From the IMG/VR virus record IMGVR_UViG_3300003177_000017, positions 7,165-71,164 of that record: 64,000 nt of DNA; one strand, 5' to 3'. Both the position numbers and the translations under genes were made by a program. Source of the stretch: a virus. This document shows, one piece after another, positions 10,101 to 21,300 of the stretch (the stretch's first letter is position 1; each line of letters opens with the position of its first letter). Under the pieces are notes generated by a model, which made no database searches, was not told the origin of the DNA, and was given only the letters and a program-made list of their open reading frames with translations.

Positions 10101-13100
10101 TGCATCACAAATTAATTTTACAGCAAACAGACAAAATATTAATACTAATGTAGTTTGGACTACCACCCCTAATGTGGCATCTGGATCTACAGATAATTTT
10201 GTGCTTACATCTACACAATTCGGTACACAACAATCAGTTAAAGTTACTGCAACATCAGGAACATTTGTAGATGAAATTACGGTTGTTAGATTACAAAATG
10301 GGATCAATGGTATAAGTTATACTGGAACTACTGAATATTATAAATTAACTAATTCTGTTACTGCCCCAACAGTAGCTTCTGGTGGATGGTTAACTACTCC
10401 TTCAACTCCTATATCTACAAATAAATACTTATGGAATTATAATAAAAATAGTAAATCAGATGGTACTAGCACAAACAGTTCAGTTAGTCTAATAACTCAG
10501 TATGTTAAAGATGGTAAAGGCATTTCTAGTATTACAGAGTTGTACCAATTGGGAGTTAGTTCTACAACTGCTCCTACTGGCACATGGTCAACAAGTTTTT
10601 CTGGTGCTGGTGCAATATCTAGTGCATTACCGTATATGTGGAATAAAACCACAATAATTTACACAGACACGACAACCAATACCATTATTACTATGATTGC
10701 GGCTAAAGGTATAAATTCAATAACTGCAATATTATCTAATGAAAGTCATACTATACCAACGGACTCTGCTGGTAATAATGGTAACTACATAGGATCTGCA
10801 ACTACAGTTAGATTATATGAAGGCGCGACAGAATTAATATATGATGGAATTGGTACATCTAATTCTACATGGAAAATTACTGTTACCGCAACTAATATAA
10901 CTGCTGGAACATTGGTTGATCAAGGAAACTATGTTTTAATAAATAATAGTTCTGCTATGACTGCTGATGTTGCAACAATAAGCATTGTTATATCAGGTGT
11001 CAGAGCTAATGGAACTCCATTTAGCATAACAAAACAACAGTCATTGTCTAAATCTAAAACTGGGTTGTCCGCAGCACCAGCTATTAGAGGTTCTAAACAT
11101 TTTTACTTAGATGTATCACCCTTATATAATCTTAGTGCTACCGCTTTTGCTACAAATGCGGATATAGCAATAACAAATGCAGGTGAAGCAAAGGTAAATA
11201 GAGATGTTGTTACATTAACCAATCCCACTCAAAAATATTCTGAAACTAAATATTGGGATACTGTACCAACAACTCCTGTATGGGCTACTGTTACTGAAGT
11301 GGTCGATGGTAGTTTAATTGTTAATGGTACAGTCGGGGCTAATCAGATAAATACAACTGATCTGTTCTCTACTGATATTACAGCATCAGGTGTAATAACT
11401 GGCGGAACAATTCAAACAAGAAGCGTTGTCATACCTACAATACCAACTGCTAGAGTTATACTTAAAGATGTAAGTACCAGCATAGCTTCACCAATTACTG
11501 TCTATGACAATACTAATGCTCCGTTACTAAAAATAAATAGTAAAGGGAAACTAGATTTCTTTGGTAATCTACAGGACGGAAGCATAACACAAGGAATGTT
11601 AGCTCCTAGTTTATTAGCCTTATTAACTCAGTCAGGGGCAACCGTAACTGGTGGATCTACAACTGGTGGAAGCGCGTCAACTGGCGCTGTTTCCGTTTCC
11701 TCTGGTACATATAACACTACATTAACTATTGCAAATGCGGCTACTACCCCTGTTAGTTTAGCTTTTAGTTTATATGACTCAGGAAACAATACTGGCGGTG
11801 TTGTATACACTTCTCCTACATGGCATATTAGTATTACTCAGACTGACTCTGCTAATACTACAACAACGGTGTTTGACTCAGCTACAACCATTTATGGAGC
11901 TGCATGGTCAGAACCAGCTGGCGGTGGGTTTACAGATCATTTATTAGATTTATCTTATACAAATACTATCGCAACTCCAAGTGTTGCTGTGGCTGGTTCA
12001 ACAACTTACAATATAATAGTTACTAGAACCTCAGCAGCAAGTAGTTCTGTCAGCCCCATTTTGCATTTTTCAGCAACACAAGCTGTTATATCAGGTGGAA
12101 CTTATACTTTACCAACTGCTTCTACAACGGTTTCAGGTGGTATTAAAGTCGGTAATAATTTATCAATTGATGTTAATGGTAAATTATCGTCAACCGACAC
12201 TAATACTGTTTATACCCACCCAGCAACACATCCTTGGAGTATTTTAACTGGTGTTCCTGTTTATGCTACGAGATGGCCATCGTTGGCTGAAATTGGTGCT
12301 TTGGGTTCAAGTGCCACTGCTGCTAATTCAATTTTGTTAAATGGTATTGATAGTACACAATTTTTGAGATCTGATGTTGCTGATACAATGGTTGGTAAAC
12401 TAAGTTTTGCTGGGGAGTTTCAATTAGTTATTGATAATACAGCAAACGCTGGTGTTAATGTTATACGCCAAGATATTGGCATGGCATATTTAGGAACACA
12501 AAAAAATTGTGGTATATCCTTTTATCGCGGTGGCGCGGCAACAGGTGGTTGGTTAGAATTTTATACTAATAATGGTACATCTCACATGAAGTTAGATGCC
12601 ATTGGTAATCTAACAAATACTGGTAATATAACACCAACAGGAGCATTTTTAACTAATCCAAATGGTACTGGAAATACTTTATCTATTAGTGGTATCCCAA
12701 ATGCGAGCGCAACACAAGCTTCGGTAGCTGTTACAAACGGCAATTTACATTTAGATGCCGTTAGTAGTAGTTCTATATACCTTAATTATTATCACGGTAC
12801 ATTAGGTGTAAAATTTTGTGCTGGTAATGGTACAGTAGTCGCAGTCATGGGACCAGATGGTGATTTATGGAAAGGTGCTGCCGATAATACTGGATACAAA
12901 TATTGGAATTCAGGTAACGATGGTTCAGGAAGTGGATTAGATGCAGATTTATTAGATGGTATTGATAGTACAGCCTTTGGACAGCTTTCTAGTACACAAA
13001 CATGGACAGGTACGAACACATTTTCTAATGTCAATATACAAGGCAGTATTCCAGTAAAATCAACACAAGATGTTATGGGCAGCGGTCATGTTTTATATGA

Positions 13101-14862
13101 TATGACTGATATGATCGAAAATAACTCTAATATTGCTGAACTTAATGCTTCTTTAACGGCAGGTAAATTTGCGGTAATGCCGATTGGTTCACCAGCTAGT
13201 AGAGGGATTTCAACCACAACAGCAGCAAATTATTACTCTGCGTATATACCAGTTAAATTGGGCGAAAAAATTACAGTAGAAATATATGCTATGCAAACAG
13301 GAAGTACTGCACGCGCTTATATGGGTATTGAAAGATATGATAAAGATAAAAAACCTATAGCTGTTAATAACGGTACTTATTATTCTGCATTAACTGATAC
13401 TTTATTGACCACAGCTTGGACTAAATATAGTTTCACTAGTATAATGCTAACAACTCATACGCCATATCTTGGTTCTGATGGTGGAGCAGTTTGTTATATA
13501 AGACTTAGATTATTATGTAATTACGCTACTACTGGTCAAGCGTATTACACTGGAATGCGTATACTTAGACAAGTTCAAGCCGCTGGTGGAATAGATTTAA
13601 ATCCAGCGAATACAACAGTTACGAACACAACAAAAATAATTAACTTAAACGCTGATTTATTAGATGGCATTGATAGCACACAATTTTTGAGATCTGACAC
13701 AACAGATTACCAAAATAATACAATATATCAACGTGGCTATTTAGTTAATGAGACTGCTTATAGAGACCGAGGAGTGTATGGTAATTATGACCCAGCAAAA
13801 ACTAATCATATTTGGTCTATGGGCGTTGCATATAGAAATGCTGCTGATGGTTCAACCTTTGGTAATTTGTATGGCTTAGCTTATAAACATGTTAATAACA
13901 CCACAGGCGGAACAATGGCAGGCGGGCATCAAATGGTTTGGTGTCAGAATGGTACTGGAACTTCTGCTATGGGTACTAATATATGGACTTCTGGTTCAGT
14001 TTCTGCTGGCAACATGATTACGGGTACTAAATTTAATGCAACTTCGGGTGGTTTAAGCTTCGACAGAACAACAAATAATTCTGCTATATGGTTTGCTAAT
14101 GAGAACGATACTAATCATGTATTGTATAATACTTATGCTGGTGTAAACGTTTTAGCAAGAACTGGTGCTGGAACCGGCACTGACGGAATTCGATGGAACA
14201 CTTGGACAGGCTTAGAAATTCGTACAGGTAGTGGCGGAGTTAATCTAGCACTAAGTGTAACAGCAACCGATGTAAGAGTAGATAAAATATTACATGTTGG
14301 TGCTAGTAATACCGGATATTTTTATCAAGATGTTGCCAACAGAACTGCTTATGCAGGCGGAGATTTTTACATACAAAGTAGTGTTACTAATAGTTATAAT
14401 TATGCTACTAACAATTATCATGGCAGTACTTCTGGCGATGCACAATTATTTAGAGGTAATACTCTTACAGGAAATAGTTGGTCATTAACAGGTGCAGGAG
14501 CTTTTAATACTGCTTCTGTAACGGCAACTGGTCTTGTCTCAGCAAGTGATTGTGTCGCAACATCTGATAGACGCGTTAAATATAATATTAAACCTATTGA
14601 AAATGCAGTTGATAAAATATTAAAACTAACAGGTAATACTTTCAATCGTACTGATATGACAGACAGAAAACATGCTGGTATCATTGCACAAGATGTTGAA
14701 CAGGTATTGCCTGAAGCGATATTCAAAACACCCGATGAGAAACTTGGTGAAAAATTACAAGTATCTAATACAGCAATGATAGGTTTATTGGTACAAGCAG
14801 TTAAAGAACAGGCAACAGAAATAGCAGAACTTAAAGCGATAATTAAAAAGGATCTTAAATAA
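7117..14862 (+). CDS. Central tail fibre / tip attachment protein (J-like) with FN3 domains and C-terminal peptidase S74 chaperone
   Basis: N-terminal AYG, NPALCLLDFL; FN3-like repeats; C-terminal SDRRVKYNI...GIIAQDVEQVLPEA...GLLVQAVKE. Confidence 0.9.
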   Translation: MSTLEITLMYIVTAISVSTSVYTLLNMPQQQDIGSKTQKRGTDAPRKVAYGRSIIDSTNVYNNVLNDNSAWIVKVFSLGVGPITAIRQVYVNDLPILEHENTISPDVTSLVSPNNPNVTYTYTNSSFRFKRDNNDFVHQFTRNQDIQMQFRYGKNAEVASDLAIEFSDNEWTVDHRGDRVPHVVMSLYRSTNTDTPILSSVFTLTALVEGVPVHDPRFHAAGVKEYIHSNSSVPAINVNIGRNPALCLLDFLTDTYYGMSVDYSYINIQSFMDAANWTDTNNLHVDGSVDTGQKFGDCLSQIMSSFQGVLVLENGLITCKYEDIVLNPYSTTFDENNTISFKDIKSASHSSYYNIVQTKYKNTLMLEKGDVYQIPEDLNYIPQGATKSRIQIDGFKKVKTLDLPMTLGNSDGAYPKGGYGISWLINGVQKYFHLAYGNDSIGSGFSQSPVGKTFVGTYIDTTLADAATAISYNWTNINNSQGYLNKQGIAGIDVSNAQVSYLHIAFADSISGSGFNQIPTSKTYVGTYIDFNLYDSLDTTKYTWGSLYNNFEINGIMDGSVKFFTNRLYVKALHQKGVSISVDLQQYPVKLYDVIKISNKSIGWVDKLFRITTINTSVNENSFNIGDLICVEYNDNMYTGSLDGLTGRNIKRTYQHLNPVTNLVFNLHNFITDGYGTLTWTNPNTIGNLSYKIQYKLSSEVAWKDTATSEIEQAVINNLKPTHYDFRVKATRLRYFDSDYTEILNVLVSPTVLFPNITNIASDYSGLDFIYSWDDMAQVAVLNTQDPTDPNSNGTSGKVIDYFSHYEVKVFHNNIYKQSFITSDPKFVYLYSNNKTNVLSRAVNIEVYIVAKDGTKSTAPAIISGTNQQISAPANIKVNVLLGLANISWTPRTDLDFAGTEIHISTNSTYVPSATTLVDNLQSESTYQYTYPVGDIVDRYIILGHYDNFSETGINYSVPKLISTTAGFPVSDAKNLSISSSSQIFSYDSGGVLQSASQINFTANRQNINTNVVWTTTPNVASGSTDNFVLTSTQFGTQQSVKVTATSGTFVDEITVVRLQNGINGISYTGTTEYYKLTNSVTAPTVASGGWLTTPSTPISTNKYLWNYNKNSKSDGTSTNSSVSLITQYVKDGKGISSITELYQLGVSSTTAPTGTWSTSFSGAGAISSALPYMWNKTTIIYTDTTTNTIITMIAAKGINSITAILSNESHTIPTDSAGNNGNYIGSATTVRLYEGATELIYDGIGTSNSTWKITVTATNITAGTLVDQGNYVLINNSSAMTADVATISIVISGVRANGTPFSITKQQSLSKSKTGLSAAPAIRGSKHFYLDVSPLYNLSATAFATNADIAITNAGEAKVNRDVVTLTNPTQKYSETKYWDTVPTTPVWATVTEVVDGSLIVNGTVGANQINTTDLFSTDITASGVITGGTIQTRSVVIPTIPTARVILKDVSTSIASPITVYDNTNAPLLKINSKGKLDFFGNLQDGSITQGMLAPSLLALLTQSGATVTGGSTTGGSASTGAVSVSSGTYNTTLTIANAATTPVSLAFSLYDSGNNTGGVVYTSPTWHISITQTDSANTTTTVFDSATTIYGAAWSEPAGGGFTDHLLDLSYTNTIATPSVAVAGSTTYNIIVTRTSAASSSVSPILHFSATQAVISGGTYTLPTASTTVSGGIKVGNNLSIDVNGKLSSTDTNTVYTHPATHPWSILTGVPVYATRWPSLAEIGALGSSATAANSILLNGIDSTQFLRSDVADTMVGKLSFAGEFQLVIDNTANAGVNVIRQDIGMAYLGTQKNCGISFYRGGAATGGWLEFYTNNGTSHMKLDAIGNLTNTGNITPTGAFLTNPNGTGNTLSISGIPNASATQASVAVTNGNLHLDAVSSSSIYLNYYHGTLGVKFCAGNGTVVAVMGPDGDLWKGAADNTGYKYWNSGNDGSGSGLDADLLDGIDSTAFGQLSSTQTWTGTNTFSNVNIQGSIPVKSTQDVMGSGHVLYDMTDMIENNSNIAELNASLTAGKFAVMPIGSPASRGISTTTAANYYSAYIPVKLGEKITVEIYAMQTGSTARAYMGIERYDKDKKPIAVNNGTYYSALTDTLLTTAWTKYSFTSIMLTTHTPYLGSDGGAVCYIRLRLLCNYATTGQAYYTGMRILRQVQAAGGIDLNPANTTVTNTTKIINLNADLLDGIDSTQFLRSDTTDYQNNTIYQRGYLVNETAYRDRGVYGNYDPAKTNHIWSMGVAYRNAADGSTFGNLYGLAYKHVNNTTGGTMAGGHQMVWCQNGTGTSAMGTNIWTSGSVSAGNMITGTKFNATSGGLSFDRTTNNSAIWFANENDTNHVLYNTYAGVNVLARTGAGTGTDGIRWNTWTGLEIRTGSGGVNLALSVTATDVRVDKILHVGASNTGYFYQDVANRTAYAGGDFYIQSSVTNSYNYATNNYHGSTSGDAQLFRGNTLTGNSWSLTGAGAFNTASVTATGLVSASDCVATSDRRVKYNIKPIENAVDKILKLTGNTFNRTDMTDRKHAGIIAQDVEQVLPEAIFKTPDEKLGEKLQVSNTAMIGLLVQAVKEQATEIAELKAIIKKDLK

Positions 14863-16169
14863 TGGCACATATTTCACTTTGGGTTAATACTAACGACATA
14901 CCACAAGTGTCTTCAAATCCAGTTAATTCTAGTAGTTCGCCTATTAATATTAACCAAGGTGACACTGTAGAGTTTAGGTACTTTCAAAATTTATCTACTA
15001 ATAATCCCGACGAGACAATATCTTTTCAAAGTTTTCCAGCAAATATTTTCACAAGTATCGCTGGCGGGTATAGTTTTACGGCTTTAGCAGAAATACAAAG
15101 TACAACACCACAAACATTTGTACCACATACTTCGGGTGGTTTTACAGTCAGTTCAACAGCAACGTTAGGTGCAACAACTGTTACTGCTAAGAATTTAACT
15201 CGTGGTGCTGCTAATACAATATACTTAAATGTTACCGGTACTGCACCAGTTGACATAACCCCTGATGCTTTCTCGTTGGGAGTAGATATAACAAATGCTC
15301 ATCCGACTGAAATACAGTACTCAGAAATTGTGCATGTTTTAGGTATAAATGCACAAGTAAATGTTTCCGTTGCTGGCTCAGGAGCCGCAATACAGAAAAA
15401 CTATAACGGCTCGTGGGTGACAAGTACAACTGCCCTGATAAACGACTCATTTATTGTTAGAGTACCCGCACCGCTTAATTACGGGTTATCTACGACTGTT
15501 ACACTAACTATTGGTAATATGTCGGATGTCTGGGTAGTGTCCACCCCTTTAGTGCCACCTGTAATAGAGATATTAGACTCAACAATTACATCTTTACCTG
15601 TTTCACTAAACGCAGTAAAAAACTACTTTGGGGGTTTTGCAAATGTATACAATGTACCATCAACTAATAACTTATTAGCTTATGTTAGAGGGGGGGCATT
15701 TGTTCCTGATATTTCACAAAACTCAGCTATAAACACTACTGTACCACTATCTTTAAAAAGTTTTTTAAACTCTAAGACAAGTTTTTTTATTGATACCCTA
15801 CCTAGCACAAAAGCGTTAGTACAAAACGTACTGACGACAGGGGGTACATTTCAATTAGTCTGGTCTGTACCTACGGATTGGTCGTTAGGTTTTGGTGCTA
15901 ACATGTTTAGCCAAGCAGAATATAAATTTGTGTTAACTGAAAATATATCGGCAAATACAGTTACCGGTATTATTGCAACAACTTCAACAGCAAGTATTAG
16001 CACTTACTCAACATCTAATACTATGATAACCTTAACAACACCAGTAATTCCGAGTGCAGTTGAAAAGATGTATACTGGTCATATTGATTTTTATGCAAGA
16101 AGTATAGTTTCTCCGTATCCTATACTAACAACAACAGCGTATTACCGTTTTAATTTTTACGGTATATAA
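14862..16169 (+). CDS. Putative virion/tail-associated protein
   Basis: 435 aa Thr/Ser-rich beta protein, DITPDAF motif; coupled to fibre gene. Confidence 0.55.
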   Translation: MAHISLWVNTNDIPQVSSNPVNSSSSPININQGDTVEFRYFQNLSTNNPDETISFQSFPANIFTSIAGGYSFTALAEIQSTTPQTFVPHTSGGFTVSSTATLGATTVTAKNLTRGAANTIYLNVTGTAPVDITPDAFSLGVDITNAHPTEIQYSEIVHVLGINAQVNVSVAGSGAAIQKNYNGSWVTSTTALINDSFIVRVPAPLNYGLSTTVTLTIGNMSDVWVVSTPLVPPVIEILDSTITSLPVSLNAVKNYFGGFANVYNVPSTNNLLAYVRGGAFVPDISQNSAINTTVPLSLKSFLNSKTSFFIDTLPSTKALVQNVLTTGGTFQLVWSVPTDWSLGFGANMFSQAEYKFVLTENISANTVTGIIATTSTASISTYSTSNTMITLTTPVIPSAVEKMYTGHIDFYARSIVSPYPILTTTAYYRFNFYGI

Positions 16170-16202
16170 ATATTAATGTAAATAACCAAATAGGAAAACA
16201 AA

Positions 16203-16331
16203 ATGACAAATTTTTTAATTATAGCAGCTATTGTAGTTGTGGTAGCAGGTTTAGCATATACACACAAATTATCTAAAAATAACGTTAGTTCTGGTGCCAA
16301 CCAAAAAAATAAACCAACTAACAAAAAGTAA
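16203..16331 (+). CDS. Small membrane protein (42 aa; not in ORF track)
   Basis: RBS AGGA; MTNFLIIAAIVVVVAGLAY TM segment plus basic tail; stop overlaps next RBS. Confidence 0.65.
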   Translation: MTNFLIIAAIVVVVAGLAYTHKLSKNNVSSGANQKNKPTNKK

Positions 16332-16340
16332 GGAAATATT

Positions 16341-16721
16341 ATGAGTTTCGTTAAAACCTTCACAGACCCTCAAGGGGTTACACACACAAACGCATATTTT
16401 GAAGTTGCTTATGCTTCAAAAAGAAATGACAATTCTGACAGTTACACTTTAGATATTAAAGAAACTGTAGATGCTGCTGGCGTAGTTACAGGATTTACGT
16501 ATACACCGACAACTAATGCGAATTCATTTTCTAATGTAGATTACAGAATGTATTATTGGACAAATAAAGCAGCAAAAACCGCAGGTAATATGCCTTATGT
16601 TTTAGCTAGCAAAAGTCCGATTGGTGAAGTACATAATGCACAAAATCTTGATGCTACTTATGCTACTTTAACAGCGATGGCAGCAGCAGAAAAACATTGT
16701 CAAGCAGTAGTATTGGTATAA
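16341..16721 (+). CDS. Hypothetical protein (possible fibre-associated)
   Basis: 126-aa ORF with RBS. Confidence 0.6.
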   Translation: MSFVKTFTDPQGVTHTNAYFEVAYASKRNDNSDSYTLDIKETVDAAGVVTGFTYTPTTNANSFSNVDYRMYYWTNKAAKTAGNMPYVLASKSPIGEVHNAQNLDATYATLTAMAAAEKHCQAVVLV

Positions 16722-16822
16722 CAAGAAATAACAACCAAATAAAAATAACAAATAAGTTTTGTTGTGTTTAGTTACAAAGTAACAAGATGTTAAACATTTT
16801 TTAATAAAACTATTAGGAAATA

Positions 16823-17089
16823 ATGCAAGTGGAAAACATGTATCTTACAACTATTGGTAATTGGACATTTGAAGTAGTTCAAATTAGAGCAAGAAAAACT
16901 ATAAAACACAAAACACCTTATACTGGGATTCTAAATATAACTATTGTGGACGGAACGCCTCATATAGAAGGATTGTTGTCTAGATCTAAATTTAACAAAT
17001 CTGATTTTTTATCAATAAAAAGATATATTAATAAATTGGGGTTTAACTCAGTAGAATATATAAAATTCCCACCAATATTAAACAATTAA
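16823..17089 (+). CDS. Hypothetical protein
   Basis: 88-aa ORF with AGGA RBS. Confidence 0.55.
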   Translation: MQVENMYLTTIGNWTFEVVQIRARKTIKHKTPYTGILNITIVDGTPHIEGLLSRSKFNKSDFLSIKRYINKLGFNSVEYIKFPPILNN

Positions 17090-17100
17090 CAAGGATTTTT

Positions 17101-17377
17101 ATGGCAGTACAAACAGAACTAGCATTAAAATTTTCAGATTTGATATTAGTTGCAGTTCCAATCATGGCTGCAATTACTGACTGAGATCAAATTGCTAACA
17201 CAAACTATAAATACCCATAAAGGTAAAGTAGAATTAACTGAAGATAAAGTATCGAATTTAACTGATGAAATGATCAAGATGAAATTCTGCATTCAAGCAT
17301 TAGATAATAAACAAGACAAAAATCATATAGAATTACTTAATGCAATTGCAGGAATAACAAGGAACAATAAGGAATAA
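17101..17377 (+). pseudogene. TM + coiled-coil protein split by a 4-nt duplication (or sequence error)
   Basis: RBS-ATG 17101 gives MAVQTELALKFSDLILVAVPIMAAITD*; removing one ACTG of ACTGACTG (~17176-17183) joins it to the frame ending at 17377. Confidence 0.6.
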
Positions 17378-17387
17378 CATAAATAAC

Positions 17388-17612
17388 ATGAAAAAATCAT
17401 ATATCCTTAGGCTGATGATAGCCATAGACCAGCTTGGTAATGTTTTACTACTCAACGGTGACGAAGATTTAACAGTCAGCGGTCATGTTGGTTATCAGGC
17501 TTATATAACACATAATAAACGTTGGCTAATAGCTCAATGGATCATTAATAAAATTTTTTGGTTTCAACCTGAGCATTGTTTTGTATCAATAGAATGGGAT
17601 AGAGTAAAATGA
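17388..17612 (+). CDS. Conserved phage hypothetical protein
   Basis: IDQLGN..L.GD...TVSG.VG...HC pattern; paralog at 23933. Confidence 0.65.
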   Translation: MKKSYILRLMIAIDQLGNVLLLNGDEDLTVSGHVGYQAYITHNKRWLIAQWIINKIFWFQPEHCFVSIEWDRVK

Positions 17613-18358
17613 ACTTAGAACAATATTTAATAGCAAACCCAACAGCTACGTTAGCGGCTACTCAAGCGTATACTGAAACTACTGATAAGAAGCGAGTAGG
17701 CTCAGGGCAAGCAAGAGGTTATTTCGCACAGACAGGTATTTGGCTGGCACTTAAATTAATACAAGGTGACTTAACACATGCTTTGTTTTCGTTAGCTGAT
17801 GCGACTATTGTGACAGCGACTGATGCGAGTTCATACTTTGGTTTTGATATGAGTAAAGCTGATGGTATTGCTAACATGGCAGGGTTAGATGCGATGGTAG
17901 CTGGTAACGTTATGACAACTGCACAAAAGACATCTTTTCTTGATATGATGATCACAAAGGTAACTCCCTTTAGCGCAACAACACAAGCAGATATTGACAA
18001 TACACTTGCGTTAATTACGTTAAAAACTAATCCAATTACACTTCAAGAAGTTACTTATCCAGCTGGGTCAGTTCATATTATACGTGGGGCTAACGAAAAG
18101 ATTTATGTCAATGTTTCTGTATTGGCTCAAGATGCTATAGCACAACCTGATAACCTAATTGCTACTGTATTTCATAAAGCAGCTGGTGATACGATTTATA
18201 CTGAGGTTGCACAAGCAAGAGGTAATTTCCCTATTCCAGCGAATTGGAGTGGCTCTAAAGCATATATACTCAATCACAGCAACTTGTTACCTCATGTTCA
18301 AATCAAGCTTACATCTACTTACAATCGTGTGTTTACTGCTAATACGTATACAGCGTAA
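17609..18358 (+). CDS. Hypothetical virion-associated protein
   Basis: 249-aa ORF coupled by ATGA overlap. Confidence 0.6.
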   Translation: MNLEQYLIANPTATLAATQAYTETTDKKRVGSGQARGYFAQTGIWLALKLIQGDLTHALFSLADATIVTATDASSYFGFDMSKADGIANMAGLDAMVAGNVMTTAQKTSFLDMMITKVTPFSATTQADIDNTLALITLKTNPITLQEVTYPAGSVHIIRGANEKIYVNVSVLAQDAIAQPDNLIATVFHKAAGDTIYTEVAQARGNFPIPANWSGSKAYILNHSNLLPHVQIKLTSTYNRVFTANTYTA

Positions 18359-18367
18359 GGAGTTGTT

Positions 18368-21300
18368 ATGACAACTTTTTATAATGAAGCGTTGCCTGAT
18401 ATTGATTGGACTAATCCAAATACCAATAATCTTGTTGGGTTATTTTATTTTGACGGTACAAATGTAGTTGAAGTATTAACAGGTACAGTAGGCACTGGTA
18501 CGCCTGTTGCTTCGGGTGATGGTTTTGTAGGTGAAGCAACGTTTAATATCAGTGATTTAGGGTTTAACTTCAATGATACTGTTACCCCAATAACTGTTTT
18601 AGTTGTCGGTAATATGTTGCAAACAACGAATGGTCAGGAGAATACACCATTAAAGCTGTCTAACTCTGTCACCACAATATTACATGATCAAAATCCTTGG
18701 TTTATTGATAGACCACCAACATTTTCAGCTAATTATGATACTGCTGTAGCAGATGATTTTTTCGTAGCCTCAGAGGATACAAATAGTTTAGGTGTTATTA
18801 TTAGAAGAACTAATCCCAATAACTACGTATGTTCTTTTTATCTAAATAATCGTATTGGTGTGCAATCTGTACCTACACTCCAACTTAGTGATACCTCTGA
18901 TTTAACTCAATTAGTCTTTGGGGATACAGTACAAAAAAATAATATATTAGTAGTATTCAAAGGCGCTATACCTGTTGCACAGCTTGATGCTATTGATGCA
19001 GACCCTTATCAACTATTTCAAACTAAGCAAGACGTACAGCAAGAGTATGGGTTGGTATTCCCAAATGAAGCATTTCCTACTACAGCACAGATAACATATA
19101 CTGAAATTCCATTAGGCGCATCTTGGAGCATAGATACAGACTTGTTCTGTACAGCGGGGTTTAATATTGTTGCAGGTGGTAACACCACTAATAGATTTTT
19201 ACGTATAGATTGTACAGTAGGCAGTAACTCAGCAATGTTAGCGAGAATTAATTCTGGTTTTGTTAGGACTATTCCGCTGCTAAGTGATTTTACTAATCAA
19301 CGAATAGATTTTAAAATAACGCTTTCATTAGGGGGTATTTTAACTGTTTATGTTAATGGGGTTCTACAAGGAAGCGTAACAAATGCAGCAGATGTTTCGT
19401 TGCCAATTGATAGAGTTAATGATTATGGCGGCATCAACTCTACAGCTATAATGACAATATATAAACAAATCATAATAGACAATATAAACCCTGCAAACTC
19501 ACGCCTATGGAATTTCAACAAAACCTTTGGTGATACAGCCACAGATGAATTAAACGGTGCAATTGCTACTCTTAATGGCTTCCCTGTTGACTCAGGATAT
19601 GTGAGAGGTGCTAATGGGTTGATTGAGGGGTATCAGTTTGATGGTGCGGGAATAACAGCAGCAATAACCAGTATTACAAATCCAGTACCCGTAGGCTCAT
19701 CCCTAACATTTACTGGTACATGGGAAAATTTGAATAATACTTTTCAAATGTTTGTTAATATATACACTACTGATTTCTTTAGTATAAATGCAGCAGGAAA
19801 TTTACAAACCAGAATATCGTATAACTTAATGACATCTTCAACTACCTTAGTATCTGGTGCTGTTTTTACATTTAGAATTGAACGTACTGCAACACAGTAT
19901 ATAGTTTTCTTGAATGGTGTGGAACAATATCGACATAATGAAATAGTCGATTTATCCCCTATGAATGGTTTTTCAAACATAACATACAAATTTAAAGGGC
20001 AAATGCAAAGTTGCATTATTAATGATGGGATTGCTGATACTTATAATTGGGATGGAACCACAGGCGACCAAGCCAAAATAGTCGAAACTCAATCAGGCAA
20101 TCATGCGTTTATCACAAACGATTCAGTAGTGAAGTGGCAACCTATATTAGTTAAAGATGTATTCACAGTCGGTGATTATACTGATGCTGGAGCATTTGCA
20201 GGTGCTAGACAAAATTCTCTTGGCGTTCAGGAATATTTATTTTCTGGTACTCAAGCATTAGCAGCAACAATTCGCATTAACAACTCATCGGCAGACCAAC
20301 TTTTATTTAGGGGTATTGGAGGTAACTTTAACGGTGATATTAATCAAGCAGATGTAGCGAGATTGACCAGAACAGTTAGCAATAATTCAGTGGTTGATTT
20401 ACGAATAGGCAATTTCAAGTTTGAAAATTTGATAATAGATGCAGGCACAGAGCTACTTGGTCAGTATAATAATCATAACTTTGAGGTTGAAAATTGTGGT
20501 TTACTAGGTTGGGTATATTTAACAGATGCTACTAGACATTTTAAAATGACAAATAGTGTTTTGCATACACCATTATCCAACAATCCTGCCATATTGACTT
20601 ACTCACCAAACACTTCAGTAATAAACTCAGTGGTCATACACGATGGATACACAGGTTGGGATTACGGAGCTTTGAGAGCAAGAGGGGGTGTAGGAAATAT
20701 TAATGTAATTAACAGTATAATAAATAGTGTCGGTAAATCTACAGAAGATGATAGTACAGTAGTTGGCATAACAGGTAATAATAATATACTTAGTACAAAC
20801 GAGGCAACAGCCTTAGCAATTGGTACACAGGATGTCAATCTAAATACATATTTCACAAACCCAGCAACCAACGATTACACCATCAACACCACAGGTCAAA
20901 CAGCACTCAAAACAAAAGGCTGGAACGGTACAGATATTGTGGGATGGGCTTATGCTTCTGCTGTTGCAATTTCATTAGCTATTTCTGGTACAGTTTCGCC
21001 AAGTTCTACTGAAGTTGATATTGTCAATGGTGGAAAGACTTTAGTATTAACTTTAACAGGGGATACATGGCAACCTGCGGGTACGGCGTTTGATGCACAA
21101 AGACAAGCAATCATAAACGGATTAGTTTCTGCACAATCTGAAATTACTGGCTGGAATAACGAAGTTAAAGGTAAAGAATTAGTAACTTCCGTTGTAAGAA
21201 CTTCAAATACAATTGTTACAATTACATTATCAGCAGCAGTTAGTTATAATATAACTAATACAGAGACTATTACAACTACAATACCAGCATCTGCATTAAC

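Noticed and set aside
16165-16172. T4 late promoter TATAAATA
   Set aside because: One suggestive intergenic-edge hit in very AT-rich DNA; not seen ahead of other late genes in the window, and no gp55 here.
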